64,000 bases of DNA from Octopus sinensis (Eukaryota), in contig NC_043013.1 in assembly GCF_006345805.1 (NCBI RefSeq), positions 54,498,001-54,562,000 of the forward strand, in the 5' to 3' direction. The notes below the pieces were generated by a model. It was not told where the DNA came from. It was given only the letters and a program-made list of their open reading frames with translations, and did not search any database. Below, in pieces: positions 24,181 to 37,972 of this stretch (positions are counted from its first letter, which is position 1; each line of letters starts with the position of its first letter). The position numbers and the translations under genes were made by a program.

Positions 24181-26078
24181 GGAATAATATTACTACTAAT
24201 AATAATAACAGCAATAAATTGATTAGTAATTGTTATTGAATACAAGTCCATGGTGGACATAGGCAACAGTTTGGCTTCAGTTATTCACCATTTTCACTAA
24301 GCAATATCCATGGTGATTGTATAAGCAGCAACAGATTATGATTTTTTGCTTCTTCCCTAAAATTTCCTGTTTCCTGTTCATGAACATATTTTTTTATATT
24401 TATATATTAAACCTAATAGAAAGCAGATAAAGAGGAGGAGGGGTGCCAAGAAATTGAAATATGACTCTAGTCAGTTAAGTTTGTCATTAATCAAATATGA
24501 GATCTACCAATGCAATTCCATTCTGTGTAATAAACCATTCCAGTGGACACAGCAAGCAGACAAGTGAGGCTTGAAATCCATAATATTGATATTAGTTATC
24601 ACCGTTGCCATCGCGGTCCTATTTGTTTTTCCAAAGTTGGTTCTCGATTCATCAACTAAACTTATATTCTGGGATGAGTTTAACTTTTACGCAACGGCTT
24701 GCCAATAATTTCCTTATCCTAGCAGATTTATAGACTGGCCATTGCTGTCTTATGAAGCCTCGATTGATTCTGTCACTCCTGATCAACTTCAACAGTCATT
24801 CACGCTCAAATCAATATTAATGTTGCTAGATATAAAAACCAAAAAACGCAAACTATCTGCAATGCTCAAATGTTTTATTAGATTTAAACCTGCCTTTAAC
24901 ACGTGCAAGATATACATGATTTGGCTGAACATCATTTTTTGGAATTTAAAGCTCGATAATAATCAAATTATCTGACTCAAAGGAATGGCATTCGTTAAAG
25001 GAATGGGTGGACATTTTTCTTTTCTATAAGTTAGGGTGTTAGCCTGATTTGTAATTATTGAACAAACAAATTCTATATTCTCTGCTACACTTTGTTATGT
25101 TGCATCATATTAACAACACATTGAAGATAATTAAAATAATGGCTACAAAACATAAATAAATGAATATACGTTCATATACCAAGCTTTGAAACAAAGGAAC
25201 CAGCCTCAAAAATAACCAGTTCCTGCAATGTATGTGTTTAGGATTTCATTTGTTTTTGTATATTTTTTTACTCCATAATATTATTATTTTATTGATTCCA
25301 AGCTGAATCCAAATTTCCCCAAACTAAACTGGTATTTCTACAAAATATGGATTACCTCAATCTCTAGATATTAAATCATGTAATCTAGAAATTTCTTTAT
25401 TTTTATACTTATTTTGCTTTGTTTTGTGTTTTTCCCCCCTTTAATTTTGTAGATTAAATCTCAAATGTGTCCCTTCAAAATTAAAACATAATGAAATTTT
25501 AAAAAATAAAAATAGCTTCAAAGAAACATCCTATAATATTATTTTAGAAAATTGAATTAACATGCAATTCAATTTTTATTATGCATATAGATAAATTTAT
25601 TTTCCTTGTTTAATTTTGATCTTTTTATTTATTTTATATCCCAATTGGTAAAATAAAAGCATCATTGGTTTCAGGTTTCCAATAACTTATTGCTTGATGG
25701 TGAGTGTAACAAGGGGAGTATTTGTGTCTCAATGCAGAACAAATACCTCAAGAAGCCTCATTTGTTAAGCACTTTTAGTTTTTGGTTTGTTGTTCACCAA
25801 TATTTATATTCTACACTGATATAAAGTAGCAAACAATATATGTGCCCTTAAACACACTCACAGGCATGGATGTACAAGGGGCTTCCATGGAGGGCTGACA
25901 AAGTATTTCTTTATGGTCATTTTGTATCTATGGTAGAAGACACCTGCCCAATACACCACATATGAGAATTGAACATGGAACTACATAATTTGATACTGAA
26001 ACTCTTAATCACACAGCCATGCCTGCACCCCGTTTAACACAAGGTTCACTTCAAAAATTTACTTTCATTCTTCTATAA

Positions 26079-26240
26079 CAGTGGTTCGTAGCCATTTTTT
26101 TCCCTGTGAACCTTCTTGATTCCTGTTTCTCTCAGATGACCCTCATAACCAATTTGAAGTTGAAAAAATCCTATAATTTTATAATAATCAAATATTAGGA
26201 ACTGTATTTTTAAAAATCGTTAAAATATTTTGTTTTCTAG
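26079..26240 (+). mobile_element. Partial hAT-type MITE (left end only)
   Basis: CAGTGGTTCGTAGCC start, followed by sequence resembling a common octopod MITE; no matching right TIR found. Confidence 0.35.
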
Positions 26241-28656
26241 CAGTATAACTGCCCAAAGGGGAAAAGAGGAAGAGTCCTGTCAGTCGGGCTTCATATATGC
26301 CTTTCACAATTTCTGTTTTGTCTAAGGGCTGTTGTGTCCCTTCCGGGCTTTTATGTTTAGCCCCGAGACAATCCAAGCAGGTACGATGGGTATGCTACAT
26401 ATCTGATATCTTGATATGAAACATTGCAACAAAAATTTCTGTAGAAATAACCGTAACAAAATAATGTAAAGTGCACTGCTAACACAGAAGGATGTGGTGT
26501 TGACTTGTAACAAACATTTAATATACTTTATAGTATATTGTGGTTGCATAATGATACACCACATGCCTACAGGTCCTTAATTAGTAAGGACATTCAGCCA
26601 TAGAAACCCTGCCAAAGTAGACTCTGGAGCCTAATGCAGGACTCTGGCTTGTCAGATGCTGCCAAACTCACCAACCTATTGAAGTTGGGTGTTAAATGAT
26701 GCTGATGATGAGGATTCTCCTGAGCTACTATTTTGTTGCTTATTTAGAAAACTGTTGGGAAAATTGCTACATGTGTTTACTACATATGACAACTACGCAT
26801 GTTTGTTATATTTAATACATGTAGTAAATGCTTAGTTGCAGTTACTACATATAGTCGCTCCATGTATTTACCATGGTGGCTACATATTCATTGTTGATGT
26901 TACTGAACATCTGCTGTAAAAGTGTTACTGCAAAATGTTTTTCTTCCATAGAAATGTGAGGTGTTTGGTGATGTATGGAAGAATCAACAGATTCAGAAAT
27001 ATAATTTTGTGCTGACTTCACAGAATGTTAAAGGAAATATAGAAAATAAATTTTCTTTCAACATGAAATTATTTTTATAGTTGGTGTTTAGCCCTAGGTC
27101 AAGCTTGATTAAGCAGCAGACTTATGATCAAATAAATGTTCACAGAACGACCAACCATCCATTCTTGTATAGCAAAGACCACAATGACCTTACCAGCTGG
27201 TTTCACATAGAACATGATGTTGTGTGGGGGACAGGAAGACAAGGAGGTTTATCATTACTGATGTCCCTGTACATGGCACATGAAGAGAGAAAGAGGAGAG
27301 AGGGCTACATGATTTAATGTGCCCTTTCATTGTTGTGATGATATGGTATGATTTGGCTGCTATTTCTAACATGCCTGGTTACCACATAGTGACTTCCTCT
27401 TTTCACAATGATATCATGAAGTAAGGTGTCAATGACCAACTGGTTGTTATTGGAGAAAGGCTTTGATATCTGATATTGATTTCTAATACCATGCATTCTA
27501 TGAACACATGAACCTCTGTATATGACTGGTACTTTGATAATTAACCCCAAATTCTAAAATGCAAATAGAATTACAACAATAATAGCTATAGGGACTCAAC
27601 CATGGTGTAAGTCCTATTTTGTTTTCTCAACAAGATTCATGCAACTTTTTTATTGAATTGAATAATGCTTCTTTTGCTAAACTGGAATTATTCTAAAATA
27701 ACTTTTTCCTAGTTACAAAACTGGGACTATAATAAAATTATTATAAAATATCTCTTAACATGAATCACCTATTCTAAAACAGCAAAATATGAGTGAAATA
27801 CACTAAGGTTAACCATCCCAAAGACTTTAAGCTTCACAGAACCTCACAGCCCTCGTTATATATTTATTCATCTAATGATTTATGAATTGACTTTCATTTC
27901 AACAATTATTTGTCAGTGACCAGCTTTATCTTGGATGAAACCTGGATGAGATCTGATTAAAAGGCATTATAATTATATTTATCCAATGGGAAAACTAGGT
28001 TACTTCCATGTAGATCCTCAAGATAACCATCTTCACATCATTTTATTCAATCATTTTTACTTCTTCTCTGCATATCTTTGTCAAATATATCTTTGTCGTT
28101 GTTGTTGTTGTTGTTGTGATGGCCACAAAATACTTTCTTATAGCATTTTATAGACATTTTATTATTCATACAAAATATATTTTGATCGGATGACAGTTCA
28201 TTATTTGAACAGAATATATATCTCCACTTTACAGTCATCTATTATTGGGTTTGTGATGTATTTTGCTTGTATAGAATCAATATCTTCTATTTCACTAGCA
28301 TTGCAGTGAATTATTTGTGTAGATCAAGCCATATCGTCCTACGGAGAACTCTAGTTTAATATGTATTGCAAAAACAGATAGCAAAGTGAATTGGGGTGAA
28401 AGCAGCATATAACCGAAATTGCTCCGAAATGTTTTCATATATGCTTGCATACTTGCACTTTGGCTGGCAACCTTATAATATCCGGACTGCTGCAGTGGCT
28501 GCACAAGTAGTTTTACTGCAGTAAAAGATAGAACAGAAACTAAAGAGCGCTGCACTAGGATATTTAACAGTATCTTGTCTTCTCTTAGAATTCCATTCAC
28601 AGAGGCATGTGTGTGTGTGTGTGTGTGTGTAAATGTGAAGGTGCATCCATAGCTGA

Positions 28657-28830
28657 AGCACAGGCATGGCTGTATTGCTGTGCGGTTAAGAAGTTGCATC
28701 ACAAGCAAATGGTCATGAGTTCAGACCCAGTGCATTTGGCAGCTTGGGAAAGTGTCTTCTACAATACTTCCAGATAGGCCAATGCCTTGTAAGTGCATCT
28801 GAGAGACAGAAATTGTAGGAAGCCCAAAAT
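28657..28830 (+). mobile_element. SINE family B, 5' half
   Basis: GCACAGGCATGGCTGT..GAGTTCAGACCCAGTGC..GTGTCTTCTACAATA. Confidence 0.7.
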
Positions 28831-28889
28831 ACATACATATTCTCACACACTCACACACACATGTATATATGTTTGTATGTATGTGTGTG

Positions 28890-28945
<56 letters not shown>

Positions 28946-29830
28946 CACACACACACACACACATACATAAATCCGCACTATTTTAAGTAGTTGTTAGTTA
29001 TGGCTGGTGAGAAAGTTACCTTTGATTTCATGTCTGTTACTACTCTTAGCAATACAGGCAACCCATCAGACCTGCTGACTGGAGGCATATAACCTGTTAT
29101 TAACAGAGGTAAGAATACAAAATGACCATCCCTGATGAGTCACCTAAGAGCAATATTAGACATGAGACCAATGATTGCTTTCTGACCACAAATAACCAAT
29201 GATTACATAATATATTATTGCCCAAACAAATTTTTTAGACTGTGTATTTTCAGACTTATGAACAACTGACTGATTAAATACATTTCTGAGCAATTTCTTC
29301 CTTCCCACTCATCAGCCACATACACCCTACAAAATGGCCAGAGGAGCTGCACTTCCTTGCCTGAGGCATTCAAGCAATAAACACATTTATACAATCAGTT
29401 TTAGGAAAAGCCTATGTCCTCCTCATGTGCAAGTGTGTTGTATCATTCACTTGTGTCCATTCACTGTATTACAGGATTTGTTGCTGCTGAGTCCCAGGTC
29501 TGCCCTGATTAAGATGTATAATCAGAAGCATTCCAGCTGTGACCATCCAGTTAGTTTTCTTTTTTCCATTTTTTTTATCATAGAACATCACCAACTTCAT
29601 ATCTTAATGAATCCTGCATCATACATGATGATTTGAGAGATATTTATTTACTATGTCTAGCAGGTCAGATGTTCATATTGAGGTCTCCCTGGTGGTTTGG
29701 CTGTGAAGGTGGATAGCTAGTTTCTTTCAGTCTGGTTACTGTTTATCCTACAAACAAAATCTTCCTTTGGATGTAGGTTGTAGGTACTAAGGTTGATCTA
29801 ATCGACTATACATATCTTCTCAGTTAGAAA

Positions 29831-29886
<56 letters not shown>

Positions 29887-30940
29887 CAGCAGCATTAATG
29901 TGATTACTTCTTCCACGTATCATATACCATAAGAAAATAACTACACCACAAGGAAATAGACTTCAAAGCTAATTTCACATATACATACATGCACGCAAGC
30001 ATTTACATTTGTATTCATGTTTTCATATGCATATTTTTAGTATCTTAGTAGCTGGATGGGTAACTTATGAAATGTATGTACTTATGTGCCCAAGAGAATA
30101 CTGAAGAAATAAAGTGACTTTCTGTATATACACTGAACTGCCTTTATCTATATTCCTCGACAATGTATTAGAAATTTGCTCTTCTATGAGATTAGCAACC
30201 AAAAGAAAGTAAACTTAATGTACAAACTGCTAAGCTTTAGTCTAACTCAGTGGGATATTTTCATAGCATTTCGATAATATTATGGCTGACTGATAGCAAA
30301 AGTCACTCACAGTATAATATCAAATAGAAACTGAGATTGAATTTTTCTTTGCTTTTTGTCCTTTTTCAAATCCCTGAGGTTAGGTTGATTTTTTGTTGTT
30401 GTTGGTATATTGGTTACTAGTTGTAATTAGTTGAAAAGAATATCTGGGAAAATATGTGTGAGTGAAATAGGAAACTGTGCTTTGGTCGAGAGTTTAGCTG
30501 TTTTAAAAATTACATCACGATATCACTATCATCATCATCATCATTGTATTATCATCATGCCATCATGATCATTTTAATGTCAACGTTTCCCTGCTGGCAT
30601 GGGCCAAACAGGCTTTGTTGAGGCAGATTTTCTATGGCTGTATGCTCTTCCTGTCATCAACCCTCACCTGACACAACCAACCTAATGGACTTGGTCTCAC
30701 AGCAGATTACAAACAGCATCACTTGTATGACAGTGGTGTGCATTTGCAATTAGTGTGCACCAGCAAAACAAGGCGAAACACGCACACACACACACACACA
30801 TACAAAACTTTTTCTATTTACCAATCTACTCACAAAGCTTGGGTCAAGGTGATGGGCAATAGGACTGAACCAGGAAAAAACTGTTATTTGGATGTGAACT
30901 TCTCTCCCTCATAGCTGTGCCTGCACACATGCACGCACAT

Positions 30941-30995
<55 letters not shown>

Positions 30996-31999
30996 TTATG
31001 TACGTATATTTTCTCCAAGAAGGTCTTGAACTAAGAAAAAAGATATTGCTTTGAAAGAATTTAATACAAAACTAGTTTGATCAGATTTATTTTATATTTA
31101 AGAAACTATTCGAGAGATGAGATGCTGAAGAGAGAGAAAAATATCAGAAAGGTCATGTTTATTCAAATATATAATATTGTTTTTATGCTTTATTTTTGTT
31201 TGTTTGTTTTTTTTAAATGTCATTTTTTTTTTTTTTTTGTCTTTTTGTTATTTTTCTCCAAAATCTGGTCTGCTACAAATCAATAAAACTGAACTCGAAT
31301 ACCATTCTGTTGAGGAGCAAATTTGATATTGTGTTCTTCATTCTAAAGAATATCCACTTTTCCAAAGTCTCTGTGTGAATATTTACTTAACGAAGTGTCG
31401 TGATAATTAGACGTGAACACGGAAACCTATCGTACAAATAAACGGTTTTCTTTCATTTTGTTTTGGGGTTTTGTTTTGTGTCAGTTTTAGATGAGATCTT
31501 CATCCACAAAACAACAAACTCATTGCAGTTTTGTCTTTTATATATTTTTTTTTATTGTTGATGTTGTTTTTCACCTCGTCTCCAGGAATTCCAATCATGA
31601 TCAACCACACTGTTTGTGTCTAAAAGAAGATTATTTTAAACTGAGTCAATGTATTCTATTAAATGTGTAACTATGTAAGCATAGTCTTTGAAAAGACATT
31701 TGAAGAATAGATTTAAGCAAGACTTACTGATCACAAGGTAATAAATTTAATGTACATTTCTGGCTTATCTTCACTTAGCTAAAAGGTTTCCCAAGAAAAC
31801 CTCATGTCAGTTTACTTTGCTTTGTCAGCAAATTTGTTGCTTATAAAAACTCATATTAAGATATGAATGGCATAGTTTCAAAATTCCATTTAATTGTCTT
31901 CATACTAATGGAGATATTAGACAGGTAGCAGCAACGAGAGCCATATTTTGTCAGGAATTTATCACTATGGCACCTAAATTTTGGCAGTATTAAACATAC

Positions 32000-32078
32000 C
32001 TCTCTGTACACTTATCCAGCTTATTGATTTTTTCGAATTGGGTAATTGAAAACTTGCAGTATGGACATTGAGTCCAAT
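32000..32078 (-). CDS. Candidate internal coding exon of an unidentified gene (CxxC-containing)
   Basis: Acceptor tttacttctcttccacatAG; donor GAG/GTATGT; 79 nt, phase 1 to 2; (D)WTQCPYCKFSITQFEKINKLDKCTE(S/R). Lies in unique sequence; no recognised homology. Confidence 0.4.
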
Positions 32079-33239
32079 CTATGTGGAAGAGAAGTAAACT
32101 ATTGCCAAAACACGAAGTAAAAATAATGAAAGGTGAAAGAAAGATTTCTTCATTACCCTTCAAACTGAAAGGCAGCAATGGAGGAGATAAAAAGAAAAGT
32201 TTTTGGAGATAAAAGAATCGGTCTGGAACAGATTTATTTTATGTTTACCAAAATATGCTGGGAATAAAGAATTGAAGGAAGAGAAAGAAAAAAAAATATG
32301 TAGGTCATGTGTTTATCCTTTGATAATAATAATAAAGTTTTTCACTATTTACAGTTTTTTTATTGGTTTTATTTTAAACATACTTCAGAAATTTGGCCCT
32401 GCTTTTATCAGGAACATCTTAAAAGTTAAGGAGATAGATTCTTGGGAAACAAAATTTCAATTCTGCAGAGACTTAAAAAATGTAACTGTAAACATTTTCA
32501 AAAAGATTGAATTTAGAATATCCAAACTCTCTTGTGAGATCTGAGATCTACACCTGGGAAGTTCTTCCCCACTGCTGAAGCACCACCTCCCCACTCACCA
32601 TACTGCAGATGTTACCTTTGGAGAAGCCAATACAGCTTGGTCCCAGTGTCCTCATAGGCATTATTGTCAATTTGTAAAAAGCTCAATCAGATATGACAAG
32701 GCATCCTGCCCCAATAGTTGGTAGTTCTAGCAACCCACTATCCTGCCCTGGGTCCTTATTTATTGAATTTTGAAAGGAAATGCAAGGACAAAGATTACCT
32801 CAGCAAGATTTGAACTCACAATGTAGAGAACCAGAACACAAACTGCAGGGCATTCATTTTAGCGAACACTTTTAATGAATTAGCTAATTCACTCTCTAAT
32901 TAGAATATTGTGAACTTATATTATTTATAGAAGGTCAATGAAATTTTAAGGTCTCTGATTCACTTCTTAACACTGCAAACATTAACATTCAGTCCAGTAA
33001 GTGGTGGTGGTGGTGATGGGATTACTAAATAAACAACTGGGAATGAAATCAATTCATTAAACTTAGAACTTGCATTGATCCTTAACTTCAGAGGACCATC
33101 ATCATCATCGTCGTTTTAATGTTCCCTTTTCAAGGCTTGCATGGGTTAGACAGAATTCATTGAGGCAGATTTTCTATGACCACAGGCTCTTCTTGTCACC
33201 AACCCTCACTAGTTTGCTTGCTAGGGGTCATTTACAACA

Positions 33240-33460
33240 ACCAAACAAAGTTTGTTTTCCATGCTGGCATGGGTTGAATGGTTTGATTGAAAACTAGAGA
33301 GCCACACCAGGTTCCAGTCTGATCTGGCCTGATCTCTATGGCCGGATGCCCTTCCTAACACCAACCACACCAAGAGTGTAGTGGGTACTTTCCATGTTCC
33401 ACTAGTATGGGTGCCAGTTACATGAGACCAGCATCGGCCACAGCTACAATCCTTGTAGTT
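33240..33460 (-). mobile_element. RTE 3'-UTR-type repeat, minus orientation
   Basis: Reverse complement contains CCCACTACACTC..TTAGGAAGGGCATCC..CAGATCAGACTGGA..AACCCATGCCAGCATGGAAAAC. Confidence 0.8.
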
Positions 33461-33486
33461 TGTTAACAAGAAATATTTCTGAGAAC

Positions 33487-33792
33487 ACGTAAAAAGCACC
33501 ATCCAAACATGGCCGATGCCAGCGCCGCCTTGACTAGCTTCTGTGCTGGTGGCATATAAAAAGCACCAACCAATCATGGCCATTTTCCAGCCTCCCCTGG
33601 CACCTGTGCCAGTGGCACATAAAAAGCACCCACTACACTCACGGAGTGGTTGGCATTAGGAAGGGCATCCAGCTGTAGAAATACTGCCAAATCAGACTGA
33701 AGCCTGGTGCAGCCTCCTGGCTTCCCAGACCCTGGTCGAACCGTCCAACCCATGCCAGCACGGAAAACGGACGTTAAATGATGATGATGATG
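33487..33792 (+). mobile_element. RTE 3'-UTR-type repeat, plus orientation, with (GAT)n tail
   Basis: Close match to 17060-17310. Confidence 0.88.
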
Positions 33793-33913
33793 TATAAAAG
33801 CTCCCATTTTACTATGTCGGCTACGACCTAATGATACCAACTAGCAATAGCAGTTGTATGGAGTTACACGGGGTTGTGCCAATATAACGTAGGATAAATA
33901 TAGTAATCATAAT

Positions 33914-34136
33914 AATAATCCATGGATGGAATTTTAATGCATCACTCTCTATGCTTCCACAAGACACATGTTTCTTACAAACATGGTTTGTATATTCCTG
34001 GGTTGATTTCAGTTTAATCCAGAATATCCATGGACATCAAGTGGATCTTAGTTCATGCATCGTAAGAAACATGTGATTTGTGGAAACACACATAGTGATG
34101 CATTAAGATATTATAAATTCCAGCCAGGGATTATTA
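33914..34136. mobile_element. Foldback/MITE-like element with about 65-75 bp imperfect terminal inverted repeats
   Basis: 33914-33978 AATAATCCATGGATGGAATTT..ATGCATCACT..TTCCACAAGACACATGTTTCTTAC matches the reverse complement of 34062-34136 (AATAATCCCTGGCTGGAATTT..ATGCATCACT..TTTCCACAAATCACATGTTTCTTAC). Confidence 0.85.
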
Positions 34137-34494
34137 TTATTATATTATTATTATTATTATCATCATCATCATCATCACTACCACCTGTTTACCTGAAAAA
34201 TGGTGGATTATATGCTATGATATAATTTATGAATACATCAATTAAATTCTACTGAAACAGCTGTCATTAATTTTTAACTCCATTGTGTTCTTTTCTGTAT
34301 GCATGCTGCCCATAGAACCGGTCCCGAGTCAGATCTACAGCTTAGAGTGGATTTAGTACTTCTGTACCTACAATATCCTACCAACACCTGTTACCTTCAT
34401 GATGGTTTTGCTTCACTGTGAACCCTATGTTTTGGTACCTAGCCATTTCTGGCATCCTACATGTTGATGTGCCTAAATTCTACTGAATCCTATT

Positions 34495-34575
<81 letters not shown>

Positions 34576-35569
34576 TAAGCTTCTTTCAGTTTCTGTCCAT
34601 CATATTCACCTTCAAGAATTTGGTTGGCATGGGAGTATAGGACACGATGCTTGCCCAAAGTGGCACTAAACCCTAACCAAAGTTTTTAATTGTCCTAAAC
34701 AACAAAGATACAATCAGTTGTACTACAGTTTTGCAAATGAAAACAAAGGATTCTAAGAAGAATTCATTTTGTTAGTTCCTAAGATAAAAGTCTTCGTAAA
34801 GTACAGATTCATCATTGGAATCGCAAAATTATACTGAAATACATACACATGAATGCGTGCGAGTGTTTTTTTCCTTTTGTTTTTTGGAAGGAAATATTGT
34901 GTTAAGAAGAAGAAAAAAGTCTTTCTAATGATATGAAATGGTAAGTTATAAGAAGATGGATAGAGCAGAGGTTAAGTGAAATCCAAGATAAGTTCATTTC
35001 CCATTAGAAGAAGCAAATCATCTTTGCAAACTCAAATTATAGGATTGCAGAAGATTTCTTTGAGCAAATCTGTGTATGTGTGTTTTGTAGAGTCCTACAG
35101 ACATTATTAAGAAGAAGTAAAACGGAGAGAATGTATGTATATATTCATATTACATATGCATGTGAATACACACACACATACACGTGTGTGTATATATATA
35201 TACACATACACACACATAATCATGCACATACTCAGTGTGTATATAGGAGGTCTCTCCAGTTATTATTACTTCCTAATAATGTCTGTAGGAAAACACTGGA
35301 ACAACTATATACAGCTGTGCTGAAAGTGCACTAAACGCATATATGTATATATATAAATATTTGAACATAGATTTCTATACGTAACCAAAGAATACACATG
35401 CAGTGTATACATATGATTAACATTTGCAAATGGCAATTTATTTAAGTAAATCTTGAAAAGGATAGACGTTACATACAGAGTAGTATAAAATGACATATAT
35501 ACACACGTACATATATATTCATATTGATATTAAAGCACATACAAAAACTGATGATGTAAATATATATTT

Positions 35570-35625
35570 ATATATACATATATATATATATGTATATATA
35601 CATATATACATACATATATATATGC

Positions 35626-35656
<31 letters not shown>

Positions 35657-35743
35657 TATATACATATGTATATATATGTATATATATATATATATATCTA
35701 TATATATATATCTATATATGTGTGTGTATATATATATACATAT

Positions 35744-35800
<57 letters not shown>

Positions 35801-36060
35801 TCTATATATGTGTGTGTATATATATATATATATACATATAAATATATATATATATATATATATAAACATATATAAATTATATATATATTATATATATCTA
35901 TATATATATATATCTATATATGTGTGTGATATATATATATATATATATATACTATATATATATATATATATATATATCTATATATATATATATATATATA
36001 CATATATAAATATATATATATATTATATATATATTATATATATATATATATGTAGACATG
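35570..36060. repeat. Long interrupted (TA)n microsatellite, about 490 bp
   Basis: Direct inspection. Other TA-rich tracts lie at 1-160, 975-1060, 6420-6700, 7970-8160, 28890-28950, 38690-38794, 42960-43190, 45890-46030 and 63540-63570. Confidence 0.97.
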
Positions 36061-37679
36061 CATACATGTTTAGATATGTATAAACACGAGTATATATACA
36101 CACATATGCATGTGTGTGTATACACGCTCACACACATGTATGTATGCTTGTTTACATACATATATATGTGTATTTGCATATATCTATGTGTGTATTGATA
36201 ATGTTGAACTGTTTGGTACTTCAAGTTTCACCTTTAACAGTTATTGAGCCAGATTTTACGTATGCACAGGCATGTCAGCACGTGTGAATGCTCAGTGCAT
36301 GCACACATGCAAAGAAATTTGCATAAGTGCATACCTGAATCATGAAAGATATACTAAAACAAAAATATATAAAGAAACATGGTTTTATGTAGCAGTTTGC
36401 TTATTTGTGAATGTGTGTGTGGGTGGGTGTATGACAATGCATACATTTGTGTATACAGGTAAGACAATGGATACATTTGTGAACATAAAACAATGCATAC
36501 ATGTGTATGTATATATATATATATATATATATATGACAATGCATAGCTATGTGTATGTGTGTATATATAAGACAATGCATGCATACATACTTATATGTGA
36601 CAATGAAAATATGTGTATATATGACAATGACTAAGTGTGTGTGTATGTATGTATATATTTGTGTGTGTGTATATATGTGACAATGCATGTGTGTGCATGT
36701 ACAGAGTAAAAGAAAAACATGAGATTTCTATTGACAAATGGTAAATGCTGAAGAGAAAGTGGGCCATCATTATATGGAAACACCAAAACAATACCAATAA
36801 ACCATATAGATTCCATATTCCGTAGCACTTAGGAAACAATTAGTCATTGCTTTCATATGCCACACAAAGAAAACAGACTCGTACGAATATGCAGTTGCTA
36901 TGTGGTGGCTGCGGCTTTTCTTGCAGCTACTTAAATTGTCAATGTCTCCAGTGACATCTTCTCTTTCATTGTTCTCTCATTCATTCCCATTTTTTGGGGG
37001 GGTTTTGTACTCTTAATTTCTTGGTGAAAAGAACAAAATAATAATCTTACTCTTAAATACCAAAGTGGATTTATTTTTTGAAAATACTTAGGAGTGAATT
37101 AATAAAGAATCACTACATGAACACACAAACATATATGTGTACGCATGTATGTATATATTCATACAATGCATATATATGAGTGTGTGTATATCTGTCTATA
37201 TGTGAATGAATATATATATATATATATATTATAACATATATTTAATATGTGCGTGTGTGTATGTGTGTGTGTACAGAACCCAGTTGGAACCATAGATGTT
37301 ACTCGCAATTAAGTATGATTTTGTAGTCCTTCTTTTAGGAGACAATGTAGTTTTGAGTTGACAATTCTCCATCTTTCTACTCTTGATTGAATGGTACTAC
37401 CAAAATCTGACTCCTGGAGAGAGACAGAGAGAGGAAGGGAGACAGCTGCACCAGTACTCAGTCGGTACTCATTCCCTCTGAATAGAGTAACTGAAATGAT
37501 TTGCTGAGGGACACAACACAACCCCTGGCCCAGAAACCAAACCTGAGATCTACTGTACCGCACAACTCCACTCACAAATTCATATATGAATATGTACACA
37601 TGAATGTGTGTGTGTGTATATGTGCGTATGTATATATATACATATACACACACACATACATGTTTGTGTGTGTGTATGG

Positions 37680-37888
37680 ATGCTGGTACCATGTAAAAAG
37701 TACCCATATTGGAGCCACATAAAGACATCCATGCTAGTGTTGTGTCAAAGTAACCAGTACATTCTGTAAACCAGTTGGCATTAGGAAGAGTATCCAGCAG
37801 TTGAGACATGGAGCCTGGATGGCTCCTAACCCATGCCAGCATGGAAAACAGATGTTAAATCATCATCATGATGAAGATGATGATGATA
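37680..37888 (+). mobile_element. RTE 3'-UTR-type repeat
   Basis: TTGGCATTAGGAAGAGTATCCAGC..AACCCATGCCAGCATGGAAAACAGATGTTAAA, followed by a CAT/GAT-rich tail. Confidence 0.7.
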
Positions 37889-37972
37889 AAAACATTCATT
37901 GGTTATAAATGGTGTAGCCATCAATTAAGGATATGATTTTCTCCATTCTTATTCATATTATCATACTTTCGA

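Noticed and set aside
26188-26395. HRTCLDCLGAKH resembling a DIRS gag zinc-knuckle
   Set aside because: Only a short motif, adjacent to a MITE, with no other DIRS features (RT, tyrosine recombinase, inverted terminal repeats).
32000-32078. Assigning the CxxC exon to WDR19/IFT144
   Set aside because: The similarity stops after DWTxCPxCxF, the conserved PAL and second CPMC are missing, and no neighbouring WDR19-like exons were found.
36430-36690. CRISPR-like repeat-spacer appearance
   Set aside because: The context is eukaryotic, the repeat is only 7 bp, the spacers are microsatellites and there are no cas genes.
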